Source: Octopus vulgaris
Taxonomy: Eukaryota
Direction: 5' to 3'
NCBI GenBank assembly: GCA_951406725.2
Contig: OX597815.1
Location: forward strand, 47,306,001-47,370,000
DNA: 64,000 nucleotides
The notes under the pieces are model-generated. The model did no database searches and was not told the origin of the DNA. It worked only from the letters and a program-made list of their open reading frames with translations. Positions within the stretch are counted from its first letter, which is position 1. Every line of letters begins with the position of its first letter. The position numbers and the translations under genes were made by a program. This document shows positions 11,925 through 26,083 of the stretch, piece after piece.

Positions 11925-14900
11925 CTAACTGTATGTATATGTGTGCGTGTTTGTTGTGTGTGTGTGTGTGTGTATGTATGTGTGTGTGTGTGTAAAAAAG
12001 AGAGAGTGAGAGTTTTAGCAAATAATCTTTTCATTCGCTAATTCCCATATTTCTTCAGAAACTGAGTTTGCAGAACATTTCTTCACCACTCAAAAGTCAA
12101 CATAAATTTGAACCAAAAGTGAGAATCACAGACGTTAGGAAGAACAAATCCATTACTTTCTCAGGATTGTTTCATTTTATTCTATACTATTTATTTATTT
12201 GCCTTCGGTTATGTACAACATATTTCTTTTTCCAATCTTTCTAATTTTAACTGTTTTGTTTAATAACAAGAGCGATCCCAGGTGCCTTGAGGGTGATATG
12301 CGTGTTCTGGTCCTACACAAGGTTTTGATATCGTTCTGCTTGAGTGTATATGCATGGAAGATCACCATGTGATAATCCGTGACATCAGGAATACGCCTCA
12401 TAATATTTGTTTTCTTTGCTTCCTAACAATAATACTACTTGTGCTTATTATTAAAGTTAAATTTCATGTTTTAAGTTTATATGTGCATGTATTTGTAGTG
12501 TGTGTTTATATGCATGTGTGTGTATGTGCATGTGTGTGTGTGTGTGTCTTCGTGCGTGTGTATACTAAAATATATCTTGTGTAAGATTTGTGAATTGATA
12601 TATATTCTCTAATTACTTTTACTCTTCACGAAATGAAAATTTATTAGGATGCTTGCACAGTGTTGATATTTGAATACATTCACGACCAAAACACAATCTG
12701 AATATCATAATCTTGATGTTAATTCTTAACTGATTTGTATGCATGTCCAGAAGTAGTATCATGCTGATATTATTGTCACATTACAATAGCTAAACATAGC
12801 AAAAAAGTTAAGAAGATACTCATATAAAATGCCTTTTTTCCCTTATAATAATTTTCAGTGGATCAATCGTTACAAATAAGATACATGCTAACAAGTTGGT
12901 CTGTGAAACTACACAATACCTTTCAGACAACACACTCAAACATCCTTGTCACTTATAGGAATTATTCATATATCTATGACAACAGTCCAAGCAGATGACA
13001 TGTCTTGATTCATACCAGAAATCTAATTATTTCTTAAAAAAACTTGATGCGTTTTCTTTTTAAGCAGATGCTTCAAAAATTATATTCTGTCAAGAAAATT
13101 CATGTATAGTTTCTCATGTTTTCCTTGCGTGAAGTTTTGGGGTGTAATCTCTGCTAGAAATGTTGGATTCCTTCAGAGACCTTCACACGATGTATATATG
13201 TGCAATCCTTCTTTCGTTTGCCTTAATATATTTCAGGAAATAAGTGAAAATAAGCTTCCAGCCTCTGTGAACTTTTATCTTATTTCTTAATACCAGATCC
13301 GTTATTTATATACACTCCAACGGATGGTGTGAAGTGAGATACACCGAAGAAATACGAGCGGAGGATATATCACTAACTTCTGAATGACATTTTCTGTTTT
13401 AGATAGAAGAAACAGAATTGACTTGAAGGTTTGTACTAAAGAAGGCTTTGATGAAAAGTTTCGTTTGAAACTAATTCGTGTATGACCATAATCGATAAAT
13501 ATTAATCTTTCTAGTTATGACAGAGGTGTACTATAATAAGTTATGTAGACCTTTGTATCAGGAGTGATGCAAAGATGAAATATTTATTTCTAATAAAGAC
13601 AAAACCAAATCTAATTCAAGCAACAATAGTTGGTAATATGTTATCAGGGTCTTCTCATTGAAAATGTATGATACTTTAGGTGCGGTAAAAATTTTGCATC
13701 TGGTATTTTATTTGGATGTTGCTCTTGTGATATAGATAAAGTATGTACGAAACAAATTACTGTAACCGATCCATTGAATAAAATCTTTAAAAGTGGTGCG
13801 CTAGTATGGTTCCAGAATAATGGCTGAAACCTCTAAAAGTAATCAAAGACTACAAGGACGTATAAGTTGAAGTGTTAAATTTAAAATCGTTCCACTATCA
13901 ACATACACTAAACAAATTCTGACATCAAATTTCACAAACACCCAAATGAAACGGTCTTGACACTCGACACGAATATAAATAATCCTCAAGAAGAGGATGT
14001 CTTTTATCATATTTGAGACTGAGTTAATCCATGAAGCCAAAATAAACAAGGCTTCAGCATGATCCATCGACTTGCTTGCAAAAATATCTATACCTCCGTC
14101 AGATTATTCTCAATCGCCTTAAAAAGAGAAAGTACACACTGTGCAACTTATTTCCAGATGGCCTTAAAAGTGCAGGATAGTCAAGGCTGTACTACTTTTG
14201 ATCATGAATCAGTTAAGATAGGGCTAACCCGGAGCTAAATAGCAATCTAAAAACTCGGGCCAAATATAGGACCCTTAATGGGTTGCTCAAACGGAAAATA
14301 ACAGTAGCTAAGTAGCCATAAAACCCCACTCTTAAGAATAGAATGTGGAATGTGTCCAGAGGATACTGTAGTCTTGCATTCATTATAATTTAAAGAAAGA
14401 CGTAAAAATCACTGTTTCACCGTCTTTCGTCACAATTCTTCTCAACTTGGCTGACCTGAAAGTTATACGAGAACATAAACAACCACCATCATGACCATCA
14501 TCGACACCAACAACGCAACTGATTACCTAAATCTTATCCAATAATCCGAATACAGCTAGATTATGAGTAAAATAAAAAAAAAACAGCGATAAATACCACT
14601 AGCAACAACAATAAAAGACGAAATTCATAGAAACATAAATGTGATATGTATTCATCACCTCCTCAATTGAAATATAAGACATGTCGAGGCAAATATACAC
14701 GAGAGCATCGCATTAATGATAGATCTGTTAATTTTAGTTTATTTAAATATAAAGCGTAATTGCGAACTGGATTCTGATTCTGATGGGATTGTCTGAATAC
14801 AGGATCAGTGTTGTGTTGAAACATGGCAACTACTTTTAGTGTTATTTATGAGTTACTTTGACCAGTTCAAAAACGTGATAGTTGCTTAGAGTATCAATTA

Positions 14901-15255
14901 CCTAAGAAGCGTGCTTGGCTTTCGATTTTTGTTTGAGGGCGATGCATAATCCCAGAGGAAGATCAGTTAAAGAAAAATAATACTTTTACACTCGTCGTTC
15001 CAATTGAAATTCTTGGAAAACAATAGCGATATATAAACATACGTACACACATACAAACACACATGTATGTATATGTTTATGTGTGTGCTTTTCTATGTAT
15101 GTTGTGCGCCCGCGTGCGCGCATGCTTGCATGCATATAAACACTGAAATGCAAGCACACACACATATATGTTTAGAGAGTCAGAGTCAATTCAATATCCG
15201 GAGAGAGAAAGAAACGAGAATTTAATTATGCTTGCACATATACATACATGCATAC

Positions 15256-15320
<65 letters not shown>

Positions 15321-15344
15321 TGTATATATATATGTGTATGTATA

Positions 15345-15428
<84 letters not shown>

Positions 15429-15429
<1 letters not shown>

Positions 15430-15850
15430 TTTTATTCTTTTATTTGTTTCAGTTATTTGACTGCGGCCATGCTGGACCACCGCCTTTACTCGAACAAATC
15501 GACCCCAGGACTTATTGTTTGTAAGCCTAGTACTTATTCTACCGGTCACTTTTGCGCAATGGCTAAATTCCGGGGACGTAAACACTCCAGCACCGGTTGT
15601 CAAGCGATGGTGAGGGGGACAAACACAAATACACACGCATACACATACACACACACACATAGACACACCCACGCACACATATATATATATACGACGGGCT
15701 TCTTTCAGTTTCCGTCTATCAAATCTACTCACGAGGCTCTGGTCGGCCCGAGGCTATAGTAGAAGACACTTGCCCAAGGAGCTAGGCAGTGGGTTTAAAC
15801 CCTGAACCATGTGGTTAGTAAGCAAGCTACTTATCACACAGTCACTCCTG
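15429..15850 (-). mobile_element. CORE-type SINE, near full length
   Basis: Reverse complement of the 40412-40865 copy. Confidence 0.9.
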
Positions 15851-15871
15851 ATATATATATATATATATATA

Positions 15872-17148
15872 CGAGGAACGTTCAATAAGTAATTCCCATT
15901 GACCAACTTGCAATTGTTTGATCTAGCTGAAATTTTGCATGTGCAATTATTTATATACCTATAGATTAAGTGGCAAATTACAGCTCTGAACTAATTGTGG
16001 TTTCTGATTTACAGGTGTTTGAAATGAGTCAAGTGTGAAATGGAGCCTGTTGAGTATCGAGCAGTGATCCGGTTTTTGTATTTGAAAGGACGCACACCAC
16101 GGAAGTCTTTTGATGAAATGAAAGTAACTTATGGTGATGATGCCCCATCATATGACCTTGTAAAACGCTGGCATCGTGAATTCAATCATGGTCGGAACTC
16201 TGTGGAAACAGCTCCCGGATCTTGTCGCCTCCCTTCTGCCATTGATGAGGCATCTGTCCGTCAAGATGAGGCTGCCATTTTGGAAGATCAACGCATAACT
16301 ATTCGCCAAATAGCCCATGAGGTCAAGATTAGTACCGGGTCTGTGGAAACTATCATTCATGACCATTTGCATATGCAAAAGGTGTCTACCAGATGGATTC
16401 CCAGGTTGCTCACACCTTTCCAGAAGCAAGAACGCGTCGAGTGCTTGAGGATGAATTTGGAGATGTGCCAAGAAGATGAGTCAAATTTTTTGAAAAGACT
16501 GATTACACAGTATGAAACCTGGGTCCATCACTATGATCCAGAGACCAAAGCCCAGTCAATGCAGTCGAAGCACCGTGACTCACCTCCTCTAAAGAAGGCA
16601 AGGGTGCAGCCCTCCGCTGGCACGGTCATGCTCACAGTCTTCTGGGACCAAGACGGAGTAGTGATGACAGATTTCCTGGAAAAGGGTACCACAATTACAG
16701 GAGCCTATTATGTTTCACTTTTGAGGAAATTAAGAGAAGCTATCAAAATCAAGAGGCGGGGCAAGATCAGCAAAGCATCCTCCTCCTGCAGGACAATGCT
16801 CCAGTCCACAACTCGCGCGTCGCCAGATCAGAAGCACAGGCATGCGGCTATAACCTCCCCCCTCCTGACTTTGCACCCTCTGATTTTCACCTCTTCCCAG
16901 CCATGAAGTTGTTTTTGAAAGGAAAGCGTTTCCCAGATGATGCAGCCTTGATTTCTGAAGTCACGTCGTGGTTGGAGGACCAAGCTGGGGTCTTCTACAT
17001 AAACGGTCTCCAGAGCTGCATCAAAGGATGGGAGAAATGCGTAACTCCGGGTGGTTCCTATGTATAAAAAGACTAATAACTGTGCCAAGTTTCGTTGCTC
17101 TACTGCTATGGGAATTGGGTCATGGGCATTACTTATTGAACGCCCCTC

Positions 17149-17149
<1 letters not shown>
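15872..17149 (+). mobile_element. Full-length mariner transposon (D,D34D; irritans-like), inactive
   Basis: 27-bp TIRs CGAGGAACGTTCAATAAGTAATTCCCA / TGGGCATTACTTATTGAACGCCCCTCG, TA flanks, 1278 bp, inserted in (TA)n. Confidence 0.95.
16040..17076 (+). pseudogene. Mariner transposase pseudogene
   Basis: HTH N-terminus, WIPRLL, ITQYETWVHHY (first catalytic D changed to Y), YDPETK. Frameshift near 16775 before LLQDNAPVH, disruption before PDFAPSDFHLF, premature stop near the C-terminus. Confidence 0.93.
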
Positions 17150-17193
<44 letters not shown>

Positions 17194-17195
17194 TA

Positions 17196-17571
17196 TTCTT
17201 TTATACTCTTTTATTTTCTCTTATTCGTTTCAGTCATTTGACTTCGGCCATGCTTAAGCATCGCCTTTAGTCGAGCAAATCAACCCCAGCACTTACTCTT
17301 TGGAAGCCTAGTACTTACTGCATCGATCTCTTTTGCCGAACCGCTAAATTACGAGAAGGTAAACACACTAGCATCGGTTGTCAAGCAATGTTGGGGGACA
17401 AGCACAGACGCACAAACACATACATACACCTATATATATATATATGCATACATACGGCAAGGCTTTAGTCGACCCGAGGCTATAGTAGAACCCACTTGCC
17501 CAAGGTGTCACGCAATGTGACTGAACTCGGAACCGGTTGGTAAGCAAGCTACTTACCACACAGCCACTCCT
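17196..17571 (-). mobile_element. CORE-type SINE (internal deletion)
   Basis: Reverse complement of the SINE tail and head motifs. Confidence 0.85.
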
Positions 17572-17731
17572 ATTAGTGTGTGCATGCATGCACGTGCGTA
17601 TGTGTGTGTACGCACGTCTACATATATGTGTGTACATATATGTGCAAGCTTATATTACGTAAATAAACACATGCACCATACAGAGAAGAATACATGCAGC
17701 CACCAGCCAGCTACCCAGCCAGTCAGCCAGC

Positions 17732-17809
17732 CAACTCGTGTTCCACATCTCCTTTTTTAAATATATATATATATATATATTTAAAAAAGGAGATGTGGAA
17801 CACGAGTTG
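17732..17809. repeat. Perfect 78-bp palindrome centred on (AT)n
   Basis: CAACTCGTGTTCCACATCTCCTTTTTTAA-(AT)10-TTAAAAAAGGAGATGTGGAACACGAGTTG. Confidence 0.97.
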
Positions 17810-17811
17810 TG

Positions 17812-18131
17812 ATATATAAAAAAGGAAATGAAGAAAATGCTGACAAAATAATTTAAGTAATTTAAGTAATTTAATTAGGTAAAGTTCTTTTTACCGGTTG
17901 CGCATTTGTTATGCTTATCAAAAGATGTTTTTTAAGAGTGATAGAGTTACTTTCTGATAGATTTTTTCCTCTTATCTGATAAGAGGAAAAAATCTATCAG
18001 AAAGTAACCCTATCTCTCTTAAAAAACATCTTTTGATAAGCATAGCAAATGCGCAACCGGTAAAAAAGAACTTTCACCTAATTAAATTACTTAAATTACT
18101 TAAATTATTTTGTCAGCATTTTCTTCATTTC

Positions 18132-18142
<11 letters not shown>
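17812..18142. repeat. Approx. 330-bp near-perfect palindrome (1-nt centre at 17977) carrying a dead HHR in each arm
   Basis: CCTCTTATC-T-GATAAGAGG centre; arms differ by a few substitutions/indels; right arm UUGAUAA-GCAU-agcaa-AUGC-GCAA-CCGG-UA at 18033-18062. Confidence 0.9.
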
Positions 18143-18171
<29 letters not shown>

Positions 18172-18174
<3 letters not shown>

Positions 18175-18828
18175 AATGGTTCAATTAACCGTCACATTTG
18201 CACCTACTGGGGACCTGAGAATCCGCATGTTAATTTACCAGGTGTTACAGTGTGATGTGGCTTATCATCAAGAGGATTAATTGGACCATTCTTTTTTGAC
18301 GCTACTGTGATTGGTCCCGTTTACTTGTACTTGCTGCAACAGTCTGTCATGACAAGCATTAGAGAAGACTTTGAAGATGAGGTGTTTTATTTTCAGCAAG
18401 ATGGGCACCCCCACACTACCAGCGCCATGTTACATTCTTCCTTCTGCCAAACAGATGGATTGGTGAAAGGGGTTTCGTTGAATACCCTCCGTGTTCACTA
18501 AACCTCTCACCACTAGACTTTTTTTTATGGAGATACCTAAAAGACAAAGTCTACGCTATGAAATCTGCAACAATCGCTGATTTGAGGGCAGCCATTGAAA
18601 CAGAATGTACACAAATACCAAACAAATTGTTTCGTGATGTTTGCGATTCCATTGCTTTGCGTTGTCAGCAGTGCCTGAACCAGAACGGACGTCAGTTTGA
18701 AAACAATCGCTGACAAAACAATAAAATAATGTCTGTAGATTCTATTAAATATTGAAAATGAAATGTATTTTACTAAACACATATTTTACGATTATTTAAA
18801 GTGTGTATACATTTTTGGGGACACCATG
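18172..18828 (+). mobile_element. 3' half of Tc1/mariner-superfamily element, rosa/DD41D-like, decayed
   Basis: Translates across stops/frameshifts to [56 protein letters not shown]; right TIR ends TTGGGGACACCATG|TA. Confidence 0.85.
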
Positions 18829-18854
18829 TATATATATGTATGTATGTATATGTG

Positions 18855-18975
<121 letters not shown>

Positions 18976-19158
18976 ATTTTGTTTAATATATTATTATTAA
19001 TATCAGGAAATAGATATTATAAAATTCTTCAGAAAGATATATACGTGTGTAAAATAATTGTTGTATTAAAAATATCAATATATATAAATATATGTAAATA
19101 TGTATGAGTGTAAATATATAATAATGACATTTTAAAAGTTTCGAATTAAGTTTTTAAA

Positions 19159-19252
19159 GCATCTTACGATCGTTTCGCAGAATTGCTGTCTCTATAATGG
19201 AATCCTATATTGATAAACATTTATAGACAACTCTTCTGCTCTTCAGAGATAT
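19159..19252 (-). ncRNA. Type I hammerhead ribozyme with extended stem II
   Basis: Minus strand: AUAUCU-CUGAAGA-GCAGAA-(51 nt, partly paired)-UUCUGC-GAAA-CGAUCG-UA-AGAUGC; intact core, G10.1-C11.1, palindromic ACGAUCGU stem III, GUA triplet. Confidence 0.8.
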
Positions 19253-19655
19253 AAAATGTGAAATTTGTATAATTTATCGAATGGTAGTTTTTTTTAAAAT
19301 ATGAAGTAATATGGGAAAATGGTGTTTGTTTGAAATATAAAATAAAATTTAAAATTACTGCTTTTGATTTTGGTAAGTACACTTTTGTATGAGAGTCTTT
19401 AAATCCATATATGCTGCCTTAGTAATTCTTCTGTAATAATCCATAATAGTTATGTGTAAAATCCATTATACAGTCTTGTATTCCAAATATAGTTCATAGA
19501 CTTAGAAAATATGCAATAATGGAATCTTGATAAGCATTTATAGATAACTCTTCTCAGAAATATCAAGCTCTGAAATTTTTATAATTTAACGAATGGTAAT
19601 TTTTTTAAATTATGAAGTAATATAGGAAAATGGTGTTTGTGTGAAATATAGTAAA
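19194..19655 (-). repeat. Diverged direct repeat (offset about 320 bp), pLTR-like, overlapping the HHR
   Basis: ATAATGGAATC...GAATGGTA...GAAAATGGTGTTTG at 19194-19345 and 19516-19655. Confidence 0.75.
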
Positions 19656-20059
19656 AAAAAAAAATATGTGTGTGTGTGTGTATATGTATACACACACACA
19701 CACACATATATATAAATATATATTTATATATATATATATATATATATATACATAATATATACACACACATACATATATACAGAGAGAGAGAGAGAGAGAG
19801 AGCGACAGACAGACAGGCAGACGCACATACAAATAGCTAGCTAGCTAGCTAGATAGATAGATTTACATGATGCGTTTCCAGTTTCTGTGTACTCACACAA
19901 ACTTTTGATCGGCGAAAGGCTATAGTGGAACGCACCTGCCCCAGGTGTCATGCAGTGGGATTGAACCCGGAACCATGTGGTTGGAACGCGAACTTCTTAA
20001 CCACACAGCAATGTCTATGCGATTGTCTAGTTTAGTCAGGTTACGTTAATGTTTTTCTG

Positions 20060-20255
20060 TGCAGTATTTATCTGTGTTGTTAATGGAAACCAGATTAACA
20101 TGGTCTCATTGGAAGATGTATTCGAGGTCTCCTCTATTCAGGGAGTCAGCGTAGGTTTGATGCAAGGAGCCTAAACAATTTACTCCTGATAAACTTAGGG
20201 AAAGATGAACGGTGGTGTCATTTGCGTAGAAGTGGATTTTGTTGAATGTGACGGA
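20060..20255 (-). pseudogene. LINE (CR1/Jockey-group) RT fragment
   Basis: IHFYANDTT (YADD-like)...DLEYIFQ*DHVNLVSIN resembles the DL..I..W...NL..FN motif. Confidence 0.6.
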
Positions 20256-20534
20256 TATATAGATAGACAGATAGATCGATGTAGGTATAGATATAAATAC
20301 GTACACACACATACAGATAAGGAAACGATGATTTGGATAGATGGATGTTTAGGTATAAAAATAGAATGATAGAATACTTCATAGCTAGTTAGATAAATAT
20401 GCAGTGACATATACAGAAAGCTGGTTAATATAATACACAGTTAAATATAATCAACTTAGCTCATACACTCACTCATACAGTCAGCCCCATATGTATGTGT
20501 GCGTGAGTGTACATACATACTCACATAGATACCG

Positions 20535-21300
<766 letters not shown>

Positions 21301-22329
21301 AGTTATATTGCTAGATAGAAGGATAGATAAAAATGAAAGTGTGTGCAGAAAGAAATGGATATTTGAGGAACGTAAATTGACCTTCCGATAAGGGAGATTG
21401 TGTCTTGCTAAGTCGATTTGTCAGTTGTCATGAGAAAATGAATTCATCTCTGTCTGCTTGTTTCATCCCGGGTCAGTTTTCGCTGACACTTTAGCCAGCC
21501 ACTTACTCCTGTGCAGCATCTTGAGTATCTATCAGCTACAGGCAGCAGTAACAACAACAATCATTACCCACCACTACCACCAATAGCACAACCGCCTTCA
21601 ACTACAACAACAATCATAGCAGCGGCAGCAGCAGTTATTAGCAAAAGTAACATTGACGACAAATGGTAGTAATAATAATGGACAACAGAAGCAAATACTG
21701 TGTAGCAATGTAAGTATCATAATACACAATAACATAACCTATCGCATCACACAGCAAAGACCACTTTCCCCACACCAACACCACCACCACCACCACTGCA
21801 CAAGGAGTAGTAAGAACAGCAATGCTTGCTGGATTCATTGATATATGGAATAATGTTACCTTGTCTTTCGCTTCTGCATTTTATCATAATGCATTACACA
21901 GGAGCTTAAATAACAAGGAAAAACTATATTAGTTGTGAGAAAGTAAAACTGCAAAAACAAAGGCAAAAAAAAAAAATAAGGGAGAAAGAAAATGTAACGC
22001 AATTTTCCTAATGAACCACTGTGGTTCTCTGATTTCTATTAATTTCGTGAACTATGCATTGCTGATATTTAAAATATACAAGAGCATGCTCACAGAATTT
22101 AGCATTTTGTTGTTACCCGAGTTCAGCTAATTCATCGGGTCACGACAGACGCGTTGACGTCGTAACACCCTCTCTACTAATCCTTTCAATAATATCAAGT
22201 GAGCTCGAGGATGATAAAGATGAAGATGATGATGATGATAATGATGATGATGATGATGAGGAGGAGGAGGAGGAGGTGGAGGAGGTGGAGGAGGATAATG
22301 ATCCTTTCTACAACAAATTTTGGACGATA

Positions 22330-22660
22330 GTTGGCTACATGGACCCAAGTATTCAGCTGGTACTTATGTTATTGGCTCCGAAAGAATGAAATGCAATGTC
22401 CACCTGGGCAGTAGTTGAACCCAGAACGTAGAGACAGACGAAATGCCGCTAAAAGTATTGCCTGGCGTTCTAACGATTCTACCAGCTCGCCACATTAACA
22501 ACAACAACAACAACAATAATAATAATACCAACAGCAACAACAACAACAACAATAATAATGAGAAGAAGAAGAAGAAGAAGAAGAAGAAGAAGAAGAAGAA
22601 GAAGAAGAAGAAGAAGAAGAAGAAGAAGAAGAAGAAGAAGAAGAAGAAGAAGAAGAAGAA
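22330..22660 (-). mobile_element. Meta/MESC-type SINE followed by (AAC)n(AAT)n(AAG)n trinucleotide tract
   Basis: Reverse complement of GGCGAGCTGGTAGAATCGTTAGAACG ends at 22492; repeats 22497-22660. Confidence 0.75.
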
Positions 22661-22914
22661 ATCAATTTAGTTGACGGATTATTATTTGACTGTTAGTTAT
22701 TCCTGGGATACGAAATCAATAACATAATGTTTAAGAGCTCCTACACTCGCTTATCCATAAGCAGATTTCAATTAAAATTTGGTGGTACTAGAGCAAAAAT
22801 GGGTAGGGCTGTAGTTTACACAGAGAGCAGAGTTTATGTGCCTTGCCTTTGTGTACGAAGAGCCAGATCTAAAATGGTATACGCGGATTGTCGGCTACCA
22901 GTGACTTGAGGTTT

Positions 22915-24045
22915 ATTAACAAAGCATACAACAGTAAGTTAGTTCACTTGCCCTGTCGATGGATACTACATGTTGGATTATGTGTAGTTTTTCGCGGAAG
23001 CTGAGCTGGCAATTGCGTGTGTCAGTTGAGTAAGGGAGGGGGGCCTGTCAGTGATACTCCGTTCATTCTGGGGAAATCATTGCGATGGTCTCGGAGTCTC
23101 CAGATGAAACGAGATAGGGAGGTGAGATTTTCCTTATCTAGGCATCGGAAGGGGTGCATAAGGTGTGTATGCTTTCCCTTGAGATTCATGACTGCCATGC
23201 CCATGTAGTGCCTTGTAATATCATCAGATTGTGTGAAGGTGCTTCCTAGTGGGTCGTTTGCAGTATTTCAGTAGTTACAGTGGATTAGAGGATGTGTAGG
23301 TGTGTGTTTACATCCATTATAGCGTGCAGTGTTATCTAAGCAGGATTAACTGACATTAAGATCGTTGGGGTGTTTAAGAATTTATAATACTTATGAGTTC
23401 TAAGGAAATGCTTTTTTAAGTATCATGAAGAAGGACCTAGCTATGCTGGTTAAAACTTCTAGGTTATATGGAGGGTTGAACTAGTTTATCTTACTCTTCG
23501 AACGCTCTTCGGACTCGGAGGTGAGCGTCGGGTATCCTCCTTCAGGTACAAACTTCTCACTCAACCCACTCCCCGTTAACGCCTTTCTATAAAGGGATGC
23601 GCTGCTGTTGAAAATCTCTCAATCCGCTGATTCCTTAGAGGCTCTTCTACTTATACCTCAGGCTAGGTTTCTTAATATAGCTGGTGATATAGTTGGAGTT
23701 TCTGTGGATGTAAAGATTTTGTATTGGATTTCTTGTAAGAGTAGTGCTTGCCCATCTCCAAGTTTCAGGCTTCATCCAAGAAGTCGACATTTGTCAAACT
23801 GGTGCTAACTGTTAGATATAAGCAAAACTCTTTGAAGTTCTTTATCTTTCCTGAACCTGTCATACGAACGGCTGCGCCGTTCATTTGACTTGAGCTTTAT
23901 TGAATGTCCTTATATAGGTCCGAGTTATGGATAGGTTACGCGCTTATTTAGGGTATCCAGGATAAATAATGCTAAGAATTTGGCGATCTCTGACCCGTCG
24001 TTGCTTCCCATAGATACGTCGAACAGTGGGTCCCTTCTTCACTCT
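22915..24045 (-). pseudogene. Decayed Penelope-like retroelement ORF (RT, linker, GIY-YIG endonuclease)
   Basis: Minus-strand segments: DPLFDVSMGSNDGSEIAKFLALFILDTL (24023-23950), YIHRNSN, KIN*FNPPYN (WFNPPY motif), KENLTSLSRFIWRLRD, YSTDTRNCQLSFREKLHII..RASEL; many stops/frameshifts. Confidence 0.85.
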
Positions 24046-24866
24046 GTAGGTGCCATCGTGAACGGATATTGACTTCCTAGTTTTCATAATGATTCTCATA
24101 TATAAAGATCACTGATGTTAATGAATTGCCTATCAAAATCTAAAGCATTCAGGAGTCGATGTCTTGTTTAAGATCAAGTATTTTTGAAATTATTTCTCAT
24201 ACGAGCCGAAATTCTTAAAGTAATACTTATCCCTAATTATTAGTATATTAATATTAAAATAAGTTTAAGATACATAGTTAAATTAATACCCACGTAATTC
24301 AAGTAGCGATTATTTTAAGGATATGTTATAAGGAAAATATCATACAAATCAACAACTGATTTTATTCTAATAGTATGTACGGGAGATAACTGCGAACATA
24401 TTTTTCCCTTATTAGAATTCCTTAGTAAAACATACTTCACAGCCCTTGTCTAAATAGCAATGAGATAAAGTCTGAGTAAATAGATAACACTTCCAACTTA
24501 GGAAATGTTAGAGACAGAGAGACAGTGATTGGTTTAATTCTCACACCAAGCTACACGTATTACCATCATGAGACCAAATTTTCACTGCAAAATTAGAAAT
24601 ATTTATTCATCTCCCTCTCTTTTTTCTCTTTCCTTATACCTCACTAGCTCTTTCGCGCGCGCGCACGCACGCATACATATAAACATACACACACACACAC
24701 ACACACGACACATGTATATATCCTTCTGATGATTTTATAATTTATTCTTATTTCCGAAAACCTTTAACCTATTATGTTATTCTGTTTACTCAATACCTTC
24801 CTGCTATCATCTTTCTTTCGCATCCGTCCACTATCTCTTTCTTTACCACTCACCACTGATATACAT

Positions 24867-24992
<126 letters not shown>

Positions 24993-25604
24993 CCTGTATT
25001 TTTGTTTCTTGCCTATTACATTTATTCTATTCTCCATTTCTTTCCGCACTTTGTTTTTCTTGCATGCTATTTCCGTCGATCTTATAATAGCTAACTTTCT
25101 TCTTTCCTTCCTCATTCTGCACCGACCAAGTCTTTTGTTTGCCTACCGTCCACAAATTACTCTATACGCAATATTTCTTCTTACCTCTTCGATACCATTT
25201 CTTTACTCAACTCGGTAGCTCACTTCCTTTGTATCCATCGAGTCATGGTTTCATGTATGTATGTATGTATGTATGTATGTATGTATGTATGTATGTATGT
25301 ATGTATGTATGTATGTATGTATGTATGCATGCATGCATGTAATTATGTATGTATGTATTTATGTATGTGTGTGTATACACACACACACACACACACATAT
25401 ATATGTATGTGTATGTACGTATGTATGTATATATATATATGTGTGTGTGTGTATATATCTACAAACAAGTGTATACACATGTTCTTGTAGACCTATAAAC
25501 TCAAGGATACGTATGTGCATATATATACATGTATATATTTGTCCGTATATGCGTACATATATATGCATACACACACACAAACAAGCTAATACACACATAC
25601 ATGC

Positions 25605-25667
<63 letters not shown>

Positions 25668-26039
25668 TATGTACGTGCGTGTAGAAGTGTTAATGTTTGT
25701 CTGTGTTTGTATAGAATCTGCTTTCCCAATTTCCAAACTTTGCTGTCACTGAACAGGACTGTTGTAAGGGTGTCTCATTCCATAAATGTCAGACCAATTA
25801 TTACTGGATACCCAAGAAGATCATTCGACCAAGAATTGTTTCCACTAGTTGCCCAAAATGTCGACATGCAAATTAGGGCCAAGAGTTGCACGCAATCTCT
25901 TTTAACAGTACAAGAAACCTTTTCTCCAAAGCAAGTGTTTTTACTGAAACAAAAGCGATTCCATAAATGGTTACCTTATACTATACTTTGTCGTAAATGT
26001 GCATGTGAGACGTTAATAAGAATGAAGTTTATGGCAATT

Positions 26040-26083
<44 letters not shown>

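Noticed and set aside
13403-13428. Possible 26-nt micro-exon (TTTTAG|...AAG|GTTTGT)
   Set aside because: Weak donor and phase-incompatible with the 28669 exon; no other support.
16148-16471. Antisense ORF inside the mariner
   Set aside because: Shadow ORF of the transposase.
22127-22670. Poly-Pro/His and poly-Asn/Lys ORFs
   Set aside because: Trinucleotide microsatellites flanking a SINE; no splice or domain support.
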